Shown: in pieces, positions 10,248 to 17,816 of the stretch
Layout of the letters: each line of letters opens with the position of its first letter
How positions within the stretch are numbered: the stretch's first letter is position 1
Source: an uncultured Eubacteriales bacterium
GTDB taxonomy: Bacteria > Bacillota > Clostridia > Oscillospirales > Acutalibacteraceae
Direction: 5' to 3'
DNA: 64,000 nucleotides
NCBI GenBank assembly: GCA_934463265.1
Contig: CAKSIU010000003.1
Location: forward strand, 4,463-68,462
Program-made: the position numbers and the translations under genes
Notes under the pieces: model-generated
The model's database searches: none
The model's input: only the letters and a program-made list of their open reading frames with translations
What the model was told of the DNA's origin: nothing

Positions 10248-11160
10248 TTAGTATGTAAGCAACTATTGCAACGATGGCGCCTGTAAATACAATTGGGAAC
10301 CACCAATATTGTTTTTGAGTAAACGGCAAATACTCAACGTTCATGCCGTAAATTCCAGAAACTATTGTTGGAATCGAGGATAATAAAGTTATCGAGGCCA
10401 GAACTTTCATTACGATATTCAAATTATTGGAAATTATAGACGCAAAAACATCCATGGTGCTTGCCAAAATATTCATGTGCGTGTTAGACATTTCTATAGC
10501 TTGTCTGACTTCAATCAGAACATCGTCCAACAATTCATGGTCTTCGTCATACAATTTTACAAGTCTGCCACGAGCTATTTTTTCAAGAGTTGCTTCATTA
10601 GCCTTTAAAGAGGATGAAAAATAAACCAGTGATTTTTCTATTTCTAATAATTGAATCAACTCTTTATTTTTCATAGATTTTCGAAGTTCATGCTCAGCGT
10701 GGTCACTAATTTTATCAATCTGCTTCAAATACTGCAGATATTTCATTGCAACTCTTAAAATAATATATAGTACAAACTGCGTTTTAAATTGCGGATAAAT
10801 ATTTCTAACCACGCCTTCCGCAAATTCACCGATAATCACATTTTCCCTCAGGCAAAGAGTAATAACATTCGACTCGGTTATAATTATACCAAGTGGCATT
10901 GTATGATATGTAATACTTTTTTCATTTTTTCTAGCAACAGGAATATCCACAACAATTAAGGTATTGCCATCTTCGTAGTCTATGTGAGAAGATTCTTCTT
11001 CGTCCAAAGCTGACTTTAAAAAATCCGGGTCGATATTAAAATCGGTGATTAATTTATCGATTTCATCATCATCAGGCGCAGTACAATTTATCCAGCAACC
11101 GACTTCGTATGATTCAATTTCTGTAATTTTTCCTTTTATATTTTTATAATAATTTACCAA
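10228..11160 (-). CDS. corA: CorA-family magnesium/cobalt transporter
   Basis: 310 aa. YGMNVEYLP (GMN motif) followed by a C-terminal TM helix. TTG start after AAGGGGA. Confidence 0.85.
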   Translation of the reverse strand: MVNYYKNIKGKITEIESYEVGCWINCTAPDDDEIDKLITDFNIDPDFLKSALDEEESSHIDYEDGNTLIVVDIPVARKNEKSITYHTMPLGIIITESNVITLCLRENVIIGEFAEGVVRNIYPQFKTQFVLYIILRVAMKYLQYLKQIDKISDHAEHELRKSMKNKELIQLLEIEKSLVYFSSSLKANEATLEKIARGRLVKLYDEDHELLDDVLIEVRQAIEMSNTHMNILASTMDVFASIISNNLNIVMKVLASITLLSSIPTIVSGIYGMNVEYLPFTQKQYWWFPIVFTGAIVAIVAYILKKKDML

Positions 11161-11322
11161 ACTTACATCCCCTTAAAAATTCATTAAGGGAACATACGCT
11201 CACAAAATTTGTGAAAATATGTTTCCTTAATAAAAAATATTCTCTTACAAAAGCCCCATTTGGGTCATCAGAAACCATATTCTCACAACCTAAAAATAAA
11301 AATTCTAATTTTTTATCGATAT
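11161..11322 (-). promoter_or_regulatory. corA 5' leader with terminator/antiterminator alternative pairing (unknown class)
   Basis: Long hairpin at 11184-11230 followed on the minus strand by a UGAAUUUUU run just before the RBS. Segment 11276-11288 (RNA UUGUGAGAAUAUG) can pair over 13 bp with 11209-11221 (CAUAUUUUCACAA), which is the 5' arm of that hairpin. Confidence 0.4.
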
Positions 11323-11328
11323 AATATA

Positions 11329-11337
11329 ATTATATCA
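11329..11337 (-). promoter_or_regulatory. extended -10 promoter (TGaTATAAT) of the corA leader
   Basis: Reverse complement of 11329-11337 reads TGATATAAT. Confidence 0.5.
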
Positions 11338-11412
11338 CAAAATCGAAAAAAATACAATCAACCGAACATATCCCGCAGTTTAATTAAATTTTTATATTTT
11401 TTATAAAAAGTA

Positions 11413-11441
11413 TTGACACTATATATTTTTTATGTTATCAT
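11413..11441 (+). promoter_or_regulatory. sigma-A promoter of the double-glycine peptide gene
   Basis: TTGACA (11413-11418), 17-nt spacer, TATCAT (11436-11441). Confidence 0.65.
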
Positions 11442-11493
11442 TAACTAGAAATGCGCATCTCAAACTATTTTATTTTTAGAAAGGGTGTTTTTC

Positions 11494-11745
11494 ATGGACA
11501 AAAAAGATATGAAAACGGAATTAAATGAAAACAATTTAGAAAATGTTTCTGGGGGAGGCGAAGTTAAATTTTTAAGAAATACAAGTAAAAATGATGAAAA
11601 AGGTGCCAGATATATTGCCAAAGCAACCTTTAACGGAAAACCAGTCACGGGTTACTTTAAAGATATGGACGTAGCTAAGGTTTGGGTAAAAAATTTTGAA
11701 CAAGACGACATAGAACTTTTGGAAAGTGGTCATCTATATTTTTAA
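11494..11745 (+). CDS. double-glycine-leader peptide precursor (83 aa, predicted 62-aa mature part)
   Basis: ORF track 11485..11745. ATG 11494 lies 8 nt after AGAAAGGG. The leader MDKKDMKTELNENNLENVSGG has hydrophobic residues at -4/-7/-12 and ends in GG. Confidence 0.6.
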   Translation: MDKKDMKTELNENNLENVSGGGEVKFLRNTSKNDEKGARYIAKATFNGKPVTGYFKDMDVAKVWVKNFEQDDIELLESGHLYF

Positions 11746-11751
11746 ATAAAA

Positions 11752-11784
11752 AACACCTGCTTTATAAAAAGCAGGCGTTTTCTT
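11752..11784. terminator. bidirectional terminator between the two peptide genes
   Basis: ACACCTGC..GCAGGCGT stem flanked by an A-run on the left and TTTTCTTT on the right. Confidence 0.6.
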
Positions 11785-11803
11785 TGCGTATAATCAATTA
11801 AAA

Positions 11804-12025
11804 TTAAACATCACAATAAAAGCCGTTATCGTATTTTAAGTGCCAACAATATTTACACTTCTCAGGACAACCATCCTGTCTCCACTCACCTTCTTTACTC
11901 TCCAAAACTCTAAAACTTCCCGGCTTACAGCATATTCCATCCGAACTAACGTCAACAATCGCTCCACCTGAAATTCCAGATAGTTTACCTAACTCTATCT
12001 TTTCTTTTTTTAAAACTTCACTCAT
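11804..12025 (-). CDS. double-glycine-leader, Cys-rich peptide precursor (73 aa, predicted 52-aa mature part with 6 Cys)
   Basis: Leader MSEVLKKEKIELGKLSGISGG (I at -4, L at -7, I at -12, then GG). Mature part AIVDVSSDGICCKPG...CPEKCKYCWH...FYCDV. RBS AGGGGTG 7 nt upstream. Confidence 0.6.
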   Translation of the reverse strand: MSEVLKKEKIELGKLSGISGGAIVDVSSDGICCKPGSFRVLESKEGEWRQDGCPEKCKYCWHLKYDNGFYCDV

Positions 12026-12103
12026 TTTATAACACCCCTATCCATTAAAATTAATCCATGATAAACTTTCCTTTTTAGAATAAATTAAACTATTTTTAAA
12101 CAT

Positions 12104-12151
12104 AAAGCACTCATAAAATACTCGTTGAAAAGTAATTTTTATGAATGCTTT
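12104..12151. repeat. 15-bp inverted repeat upstream of the Cys-rich peptide gene and downstream of pdaA
   Basis: AAAGCACTCATAAAA (12104-12118) against TTTTATGAATGCTTT (12137-12151). One mismatch, which becomes a G-U pair in minus-strand RNA. 18-nt loop and no T-run. Confidence 0.5.
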
Positions 12152-12315
12152 TGGATATTAATACAAGACTTTTAAATTAACGTTATGTAATAAGATTTAA
12201 AGAATATAATAATGCAAAATAATTAAATTAAATTTATATTGGTGATTTATATTATATTACATTATTTTTAATTCGTCAAGAGTAATATATTATAAAGATT
12301 TCATTATTTTTTTAG

Positions 12316-13134
12316 TCAATTATTACTAAGTTCATCTATCGAACCAAAAGTGTATCCTTCGGATTTCCATTTATTTATAAGTTCGTCTAGAATTTCTGAA
12401 TTCGTCTTTGATGTGCTATGCAATAATACCACTGCACCTGGGTGAACCCTTGATAATTTTTCAAAAGCATGTTCCTTTGTAGGTTGTTTGTCTGTAAGCC
12501 AATCTACATATGCCAAACTCCAAAATATCGTTTTGTAACCTAACTCATGTGCGTGTTTTAAATTTTCTTCATTATACTTACCCTGCGGCGGTCTATAATA
12601 CTTCGGAAGATCTTTGCCTGTGGTTTCTTTAAACATCTCCTCCAACTTTGAAATTTCCTTTTTAAATGATTCCATATCCGAAATTTTAGACATATCGGGG
12701 TGTGAAAAGGTATGATTTCCCACTGTATGCCCCTCATCAACCATTCTTTTTACCAAGTCTGGACTTGTTTTTATATAATTTCCAACCAAAAAGAAGGTTG
12801 CTTTAACATCATTTTTCTTTAAAGCATCAAGTATAGCTGGTGTATAGCCATTTTCAAAACCTGCATCAAATGTAAGGTATACTTTTTTTTCATCCGGATT
12901 TCCTAAATAATATGCATCATACTGTTTCAAAAAATCTCTACTGGCGTTGCCTGTTGGGGCTTTTCCGGGTTCACTGAACGCTAATCCCCAATTATTATTT
13001 ACAGCTTTCGACGTCGCTATTGATTTATTATTCGCTGAAAGACTTGTTCCAATCAAGACTGAGGTAATTATAAAGCAGACCATCGTTAAAAAAATTATAT
13101 ATTTTCTTCTTAAAACTATTACCAATCCGCTCAC
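12316..13134 (-). CDS. pdaA: delta-lactam-biosynthetic de-N-acetylase (polysaccharide deacetylase, sporulation)
   Basis: 272 aa. Collinear with B. subtilis PdaA as I recall it: YDAYYLGN..KKVYLTFDAGFENGYTP..LDALKK, EGHTVGNHTFSHPDM, FWSLAYVDW, PGAVVLLH. Confidence 0.8.
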   Translation of the reverse strand: MSGLVIVLRRKYIIFLTMVCFIITSVLIGTSLSANNKSIATSKAVNNNWGLAFSEPGKAPTGNASRDFLKQYDAYYLGNPDEKKVYLTFDAGFENGYTPAILDALKKNDVKATFFLVGNYIKTSPDLVKRMVDEGHTVGNHTFSHPDMSKISDMESFKKEISKLEEMFKETTGKDLPKYYRPPQGKYNEENLKHAHELGYKTIFWSLAYVDWLTDKQPTKEHAFEKLSRVHPGAVVLLHSTSKTNSEILDELINKWKSEGYTFGSIDELSNN

Positions 13135-13148
13135 CGCCCTTTGTATAG

Positions 13149-14627
13149 CTAAAGAATTATACAGATTAATCCATTACATCCATCATTTATGATTCTCTCT
13201 ATGGTTTCTTTTATTTTAGTTCTGGCATCATTTGGCATTCTGTAAAGTTTGTTATGAAGGCCTTCATTTACAAGCTCATATAATGACTTACCAAATATAT
13301 TCGAATCCCAAATTTTTCCTGGATTTTCTTCAAATTCTTTTAGCAGATAATTTACAAGTTCTTCTGACTGTTGCTCAGAACCCACTATCGGTGTGACTTC
13401 GGTGGTAATTCTCGTTTTCATCATATGTATTGACTGAGCAGAAGCCTTTAATCTTATTCCGTATTTTCCACCTTGTTTTATTATTTCAGGTTCATCAAGA
13501 GAAAGTTCCTCTGTTGAGGGCATAACTATTCCATAACCTGTTTCAAGCACGTCATTGTATGCCTGGCTGATTTTATTATATTTCTCTTTTATTGCTGAAA
13601 GTGCCATCATACAATCCAACAAATCGCCTTCATCTGTAACCTCTAAGCCGGTTTTTTCTCCCAGTACCTTATAAAACAAATTTGGGCTTATCTCTGTAAC
13701 GATTCGTGCATTTCCAATCCCCAAATCAACTGACACTGCTCTTGCAGAATCAATATATTCACATGAAGTTATATTATCAGTTATATGATTTATTTCACGA
13801 ATCTTTTTTATGTCCTTAGAAAAATTTTCTATTGTAGAATAAATTTCACTTCGTAACCAGTGATTTTTTTCTAAAGTTGTTAACCACTTAGGCATATCTA
13901 TTTTTATTTCTTTAACCGGAAATTCAAAAAGTATTTGAGCTAAAATGCGTTTTATTTCGTTTTCACTCAATTCTAGACAATTCACTGGCAAAACCGGAAC
14001 ACCATATTTTTCCGTTAAAACCCTTGCCATTTCTTTCGTCTCGGAAGCAGTAGGATACATACTGTTAAGCAGCACAATAAATGGTTTTTTTATTTCTTTT
14101 AATTCATTAATTACACGTTCTTCGGCTTCTTCATACTCTTCTCGAGGAATGTCACTTATAGTTCCATCGGTTGTTACAACCAAACCAATTGTTGAATGAT
14201 CGGTTATGACTTTTTTTGTGCCGAGTTCTGCCGCCATATTAAACGGAATAGGTTCTTCAAACCATGGCGTCATCACCATTCTTGGTTGTTCGTTTTCTAT
14301 GTATCCCAACGAGCTTGGAACTATATATCCTACACAGTCTATCAACCTTACTTTAAAGCTTGCATTTTCGCCTATGTGAACTTCCACAGCATTTTCCGGA
14401 ATAAATTTAGGTTCTGTCGTCATAATAGTTCTGCCCGCCGCCGACTGTGGCAATTCATCTACTGCACGCTCTTTTTTATAACTGCTGTCCATATTCGGGA
14501 TTACAAGATTATCCATAAAGCGTTTTATAAATGTTGATTTACCGCTTCGTACCGGGCCTACAACACCAATATAAATATCTCCATTTGTTCGTTGAGCTAT
14601 ATCTTGATAAATATTTCTTTCTTCCAA
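13149..14627 (-). CDS. spoIVA: stage IV sporulation protein A
   Basis: 492 aa. N-terminus IYQDIAQRTNGDIYIGVVGPVRSGKSTFIKRFMD (SpoIVA Walker A) and length typical of SpoIVA. Confidence 0.95.
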   Translation of the reverse strand: MEERNIYQDIAQRTNGDIYIGVVGPVRSGKSTFIKRFMDNLVIPNMDSSYKKERAVDELPQSAAGRTIMTTEPKFIPENAVEVHIGENASFKVRLIDCVGYIVPSSLGYIENEQPRMVMTPWFEEPIPFNMAAELGTKKVITDHSTIGLVVTTDGTISDIPREEYEEAEERVINELKEIKKPFIVLLNSMYPTASETKEMARVLTEKYGVPVLPVNCLELSENEIKRILAQILFEFPVKEIKIDMPKWLTTLEKNHWLRSEIYSTIENFSKDIKKIREINHITDNITSCEYIDSARAVSVDLGIGNARIVTEISPNLFYKVLGEKTGLEVTDEGDLLDCMMALSAIKEKYNKISQAYNDVLETGYGIVMPSTEELSLDEPEIIKQGGKYGIRLKASAQSIHMMKTRITTEVTPIVGSEQQSEELVNYLLKEFEENPGKIWDSNIFGKSLYELVNEGLHNKLYRMPNDARTKIKETIERIINDGCNGLICIIL

Positions 14628-14670
14628 AAGTACTTCCTCCCAAGTCGCATATTTTTTTATTATTTAAAAT

Positions 14671-16215
14671 TTACATCGGTATAAACAACATATTTCTGCC
14701 TTGTAGTTTATCTACATCTGTATCTATTTCATTTTCATTTTGAATTTTTTCAACTGATGTGCAATATTTTTTTGCAATATTCCATAATTCTTCGCCTTCA
14801 TCTGCATAATAAATGGTCAATGCAGTTTTTTTATCTTTTTCTCTAGGTTTCTCCTCATCCACAAATATGTCTGTTATTGATAAGTGCTTACTTTCGATAT
14901 AAACAACTGCTCCAATTTGTAACTCTGCTATTACCTCAACTAAATTTTTTCCAATAAGCCTACATTCACAAGATTTTAATAAAACATTTTCTTCACACAA
15001 AACAGTGTCCGATTCGTTGTTTAACTCATGTTCATATGTAAACTCAACTAAGCGTTCTAAATAAAAAGGAATGTCTTCTGAATCCTTCGCTAAAAGGCAT
15101 ACATTAATTTTTCCTTCAAAATTAATTTTTTCATCTTTAACAAAGCATTTTACATTATTTAGTTCTCCGTCTGCATCAATTAATTCAGAAATTTCATTAT
15201 TATCAACGTCTATACTGTTTTTAAGCATATAAGTCTCGTTTAATTTATCAGCTAAATTAGATAATGACACTTTTTCAAATTTTGGTTCTGACTCATAATC
15301 TATAGAATAAACATCATTTAAAATGCTTATATCTTTTTCTTCATAAGCAATTGCCGAAACTCCTATTTTACATTCAAATGATAACAAATTATTTTCGTCG
15401 TTATCATTAGATTTTACACTTATATCGTGATTTAAAACTTCTATATTAATGTCACAACCGCAGTCATCCTGAACACCTTCAACATCAATTATCTGACTAA
15501 TCGGCACAGTATGCTCTAAAATTTCTATATTGCTATATTCTATATCACTTATATAAACAACTTTTATATTCGCCACCGCGTTTATCATAACTTTATTCTG
15601 CAGCGTTTTATAATCTTGAAGCTCCGCACTTACTGTTGTTTTCAAAATATGCTCTATTTCTGGCTGTTTTGAACCTTTATCTATGACCTCCGATATATTA
15701 AAATATTGCTGTCCCAAGCCTAGCACATTATTGCATTTAGTTAAGATTTTTTTCTTTTCTATGCCCTCTCCATCTATATCACAAACAACATCTTTTTCTT
15801 TTTTGCATCTAACTTTAGCAAAAATCGAAAAAGCTCCGTGAATATCAAGTCTTCTTGGCGTGACTGCTCTGCAATTAACATATTCTGTTTTTGTTTTGGT
15901 TAAAATAATCGCGTCATGTACCGAATTTTTTAAATTTATCGAAACAGAAAACGGACTTGAATGTTCGCAGCATCTTATTGATATTTTTTCTTCATCCAGA
16001 TAAATTAAAGAAATATTGGCAGTTCCCTCTACATAAAGCTTATCACCGGAGATATTTCTGGAACTTATTTGCGGACAAATTTGACATTTTAAAATTTTCT
16101 TAATATCCGGACAATAATCCGGCAGACTAAAATCCAAGTCAACAGGCTGTTCCACGAGTCCATCAAAAATTGTCTCGCAAGCACATAAAGTTTCTTTTTT
16201 GATACTGTAATCCAT
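14671..16215 (-). CDS. DUF3794 + C-terminal LysM protein, SipL-like spore coat morphogenetic protein
   Basis: ORF track 14671..16263. ATG 16215 follows AGAGAGG. C-terminal LysM (LTIYYADEGEELWNIAKKYCTSVEKIQNEN). Long repetitive beta-rich body as in DUF3794/SipL of clostridia. Directly upstream of spoIVA. Confidence 0.7.
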   Translation of the reverse strand: MDYSIKKETLCACETIFDGLVEQPVDLDFSLPDYCPDIKKILKCQICPQISSRNISGDKLYVEGTANISLIYLDEEKISIRCCEHSSPFSVSINLKNSVHDAIILTKTKTEYVNCRAVTPRRLDIHGAFSIFAKVRCKKEKDVVCDIDGEGIEKKKILTKCNNVLGLGQQYFNISEVIDKGSKQPEIEHILKTTVSAELQDYKTLQNKVMINAVANIKVVYISDIEYSNIEILEHTVPISQIIDVEGVQDDCGCDINIEVLNHDISVKSNDNDENNLLSFECKIGVSAIAYEEKDISILNDVYSIDYESEPKFEKVSLSNLADKLNETYMLKNSIDVDNNEISELIDADGELNNVKCFVKDEKINFEGKINVCLLAKDSEDIPFYLERLVEFTYEHELNNESDTVLCEENVLLKSCECRLIGKNLVEVIAELQIGAVVYIESKHLSITDIFVDEEKPREKDKKTALTIYYADEGEELWNIAKKYCTSVEKIQNENEIDTDVDKLQGRNMLFIPM

Positions 16216-16403
16216 AAATTTGACCTCTCTTATTATATTTCTATAACTAAATCTATTCTGCACCTGTCCCTTTTATGACTTTACTTATATCTCAAAACAT
16301 AAATATATGGATTTTCACGTTTTTTCGGATGTCTGTATATAATAAATTAACGACGTTAAAAAAAAGAAAGTTATAGCCATAATTAATTTGGCGGTGAAAT
16401 TCT

Positions 16404-16547
16404 ATGAATTCCTATTGCAAACAAGGCAAGTTAGTCCTGATTTTTTTGCTCGGTCTTACCATATCATATTGTGTTCCCATTCACTTCATAATAAAACTTC
16501 TTGTAGCCATATCAATTATACTTGCAATAGCTTTAATACGATGTTAA
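16404..16547 (+). CDS. possible 47-aa membrane peptide
   Basis: Hand-read ORF MNSYCKQGKLVLIFLLGLTISYCVPIHFIIKLLVAISIILAIALIRC (two hydrophobic helices). Weak RBS. Below the ORF-track size cutoff. Confidence 0.3.
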   Translation: MNSYCKQGKLVLIFLLGLTISYCVPIHFIIKLLVAISIILAIALIRC

Positions 16548-16570
16548 CCTAGATTGGAGGGTCTTTTTTT

Positions 16571-16654
16571 ATGAAAGTTGTGGTTGTTAAAAGTCCTAAG
16601 GTCCTCGGATTTTTTTTAAGAAAAATATTTAAAATCAAAAAAGAAGAAGCTTAA
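16571..16654 (+). CDS. spoVM: stage V sporulation protein M (27-aa amphipathic peptide)
   Basis: Hand-read ORF MKVVVVKSPKVLGFFLRKIFKIKKEEA behind GGAGGG. Resembles B. subtilis SpoVM (MKFYTIKLPKFLGGIVRAMLGSFRKD) in length and in the KxPKxLG pattern. Below the ORF-track cutoff. Confidence 0.7.
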   Translation: MKVVVVKSPKVLGFFLRKIFKIKKEEA

Positions 16655-16690
16655 ACATATACACAAACTTTAACTCTTTTTGCTATTCTG

Positions 16691-16731
16691 CCTCTTGAGT
16701 GGATAAAAATCTACTTAAGAGGATTTCTTTT
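16691..16731 (+). terminator. terminator after spoVM
   Basis: CCTCTTGAGT/ACTTAAGAGG stem followed by ATTTCTTTTG. Confidence 0.6.
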
Positions 16732-16922
16732 GTGCAACTGCAAAAGCAACTTCAAATTTTATCAATATATTTTTTGAGGCCCTTACATTCTTACTTCTGT
16801 AATAGTTTTTTATATAAAAAGTCTATTAATTTTCACATCTAATTAAACTATAAATTTTTCTAGTCTTGCTCCCAAATATACTACTACTTCTTAATTTATT
16901 CAATAATTTATATTAATAAAAT

Positions 16923-16968
16923 AAACCCTCACGATGGATTATTGTCCATCGTGAGGGTTTATTTTTTT
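16923..16968. terminator. bidirectional intrinsic terminator
   Basis: AAACCCTCACGATGGA/TCCATCGTGAGGGTTT perfect 16-bp stem with A/T runs on both sides. Confidence 0.8.
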
Positions 16969-16986
16969 CTGGTTTTAATAATTTAT

Positions 16987-17169
16987 TTATTTTCTGTCGT
17001 CCTGAAATGCAGACATAAGGCTCAAAGAATCGTCCAAAAATCCGAGCCAGCCAGAAGAAATTTGGCTTAAATCTGAATCCGTTCCTACAGTTGTAAGTGA
17101 ACGCTTTGGAGCCCTGCTATTTAAAACTCCCTTTTCTTCTACGTCTTCATTTTTTTCAAAATTTTTCAT
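16987..17169 (-). CDS. hypothetical 60-aa acidic protein
   Basis: ORF track. RBS AAGGGGA 7 nt upstream, its own consensus promoter and a strong terminator. No family recognised. Confidence 0.5.
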   Translation of the reverse strand: MKNFEKNEDVEEKGVLNSRAPKRSLTTVGTDSDLSQISSGWLGFLDDSLSLMSAFQDDRK

Positions 17170-17222
17170 AATGACATCCCCTTCTAAAGTAAAAATATAT
17201 TCAGCTTCTCAGCTTTACGTTA

Positions 17223-17251
17223 ATTATACTAAAAAATATAAAGAATGTCAA
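17223..17251 (-). promoter_or_regulatory. consensus sigma-A promoter of the 60-aa ORF
   Basis: Minus strand reads TTGACA (17251-17246), 17-nt spacer, TATAAT (17228-17223). Confidence 0.7.
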
Positions 17252-17285
17252 CTGATTTTATGTAAAAAATATTTTTATTTTAAAA

Positions 17286-17609
17286 TTAAACTTCTTTCGA
17301 CTGTTTTTCCATATTTTCTACGACAATATCAAAAATCTCCCCAATCGAATCACAATATTCAAGAACTTGCCATGATTCGTTGGTATGAAAATGAATTTTA
17401 ATCAAGTTTTCATCACCGACAACCAAAAGGCAGTCGCCCTTAAAATTATTCACAAAATAATCATTAATCTTCCCCTCATCAAGGCTTTCACCTTCAATTA
17501 ACAACTGTGTATCATATTTATACTCAAGCATTATTACATCTCCTCGTATAATAAAGATACGATATTTTTGAGAAAGAATATCGAAACTTCTTGTTATCTC
17601 ATAAGCCAT
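17286..17609 (-). pseudogene. remnant of a DAK2-domain protein (YloV-like central segment)
   Basis: Residues LEYKYDTQLLIEGE...GDCLLVVGDENLIKIHFHTNESWQVLEYC...IVVENMEKQ match the middle of ~550-aa YloV-type proteins. Both the N-terminal DAK2 domain and the C-terminal domain are missing. The first 26 codons look non-native and abut the IS element. Confidence 0.5.
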
Positions 17610-17619
17610 ATGGGATAAT

Positions 17620-17800
17620 GAGTCTGTACAGATAGAGGTCGCAGGTCATCTCCTTGAAGCGAAGTCTTCCAAAGTAAAGGGTAGCGCCTCATCTTTACGG
17701 GCTTATACGAATGAGCTGGATAGCACCAAGTTGCTGAATATCTAACGAGGTTGTATTCCGTAAAGAACAGAGGTATAGACTTTATCTGCACAAATAAATA
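17620..17800 (+). ncRNA. candidate IS110 bridge (guide) RNA in the 5' non-coding end
   Basis: Position and length match the non-coding RNA described for IS110-group elements. TGTACAGATA (17625-17634) can pair with TATCTGCACA (17784-17793) at 9 of 10 positions, enclosing the region. Confidence 0.35.
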
Positions 17801-17816
17801 TTAAGCAGGTGTAAGT

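Noticed and set aside
11161-11322. M-box (ykoK) Mg2+ riboswitch in the corA leader
   Set aside because: The leader of about 160 nt, including its terminator, is too short for the ~160-nt M-box aptamer plus expression platform. Apart from a vague TTAGGTTGTGAG resemblance, the conserved M-box blocks are not present. Kept only as an unclassified attenuator.
17594-17791. 65-aa minus-strand ORF in the IS110 5' region
   Set aside because: It lies antisense within the non-coding end of the IS element, has no RBS and matches no recognisable family. The region is better explained as structured RNA.
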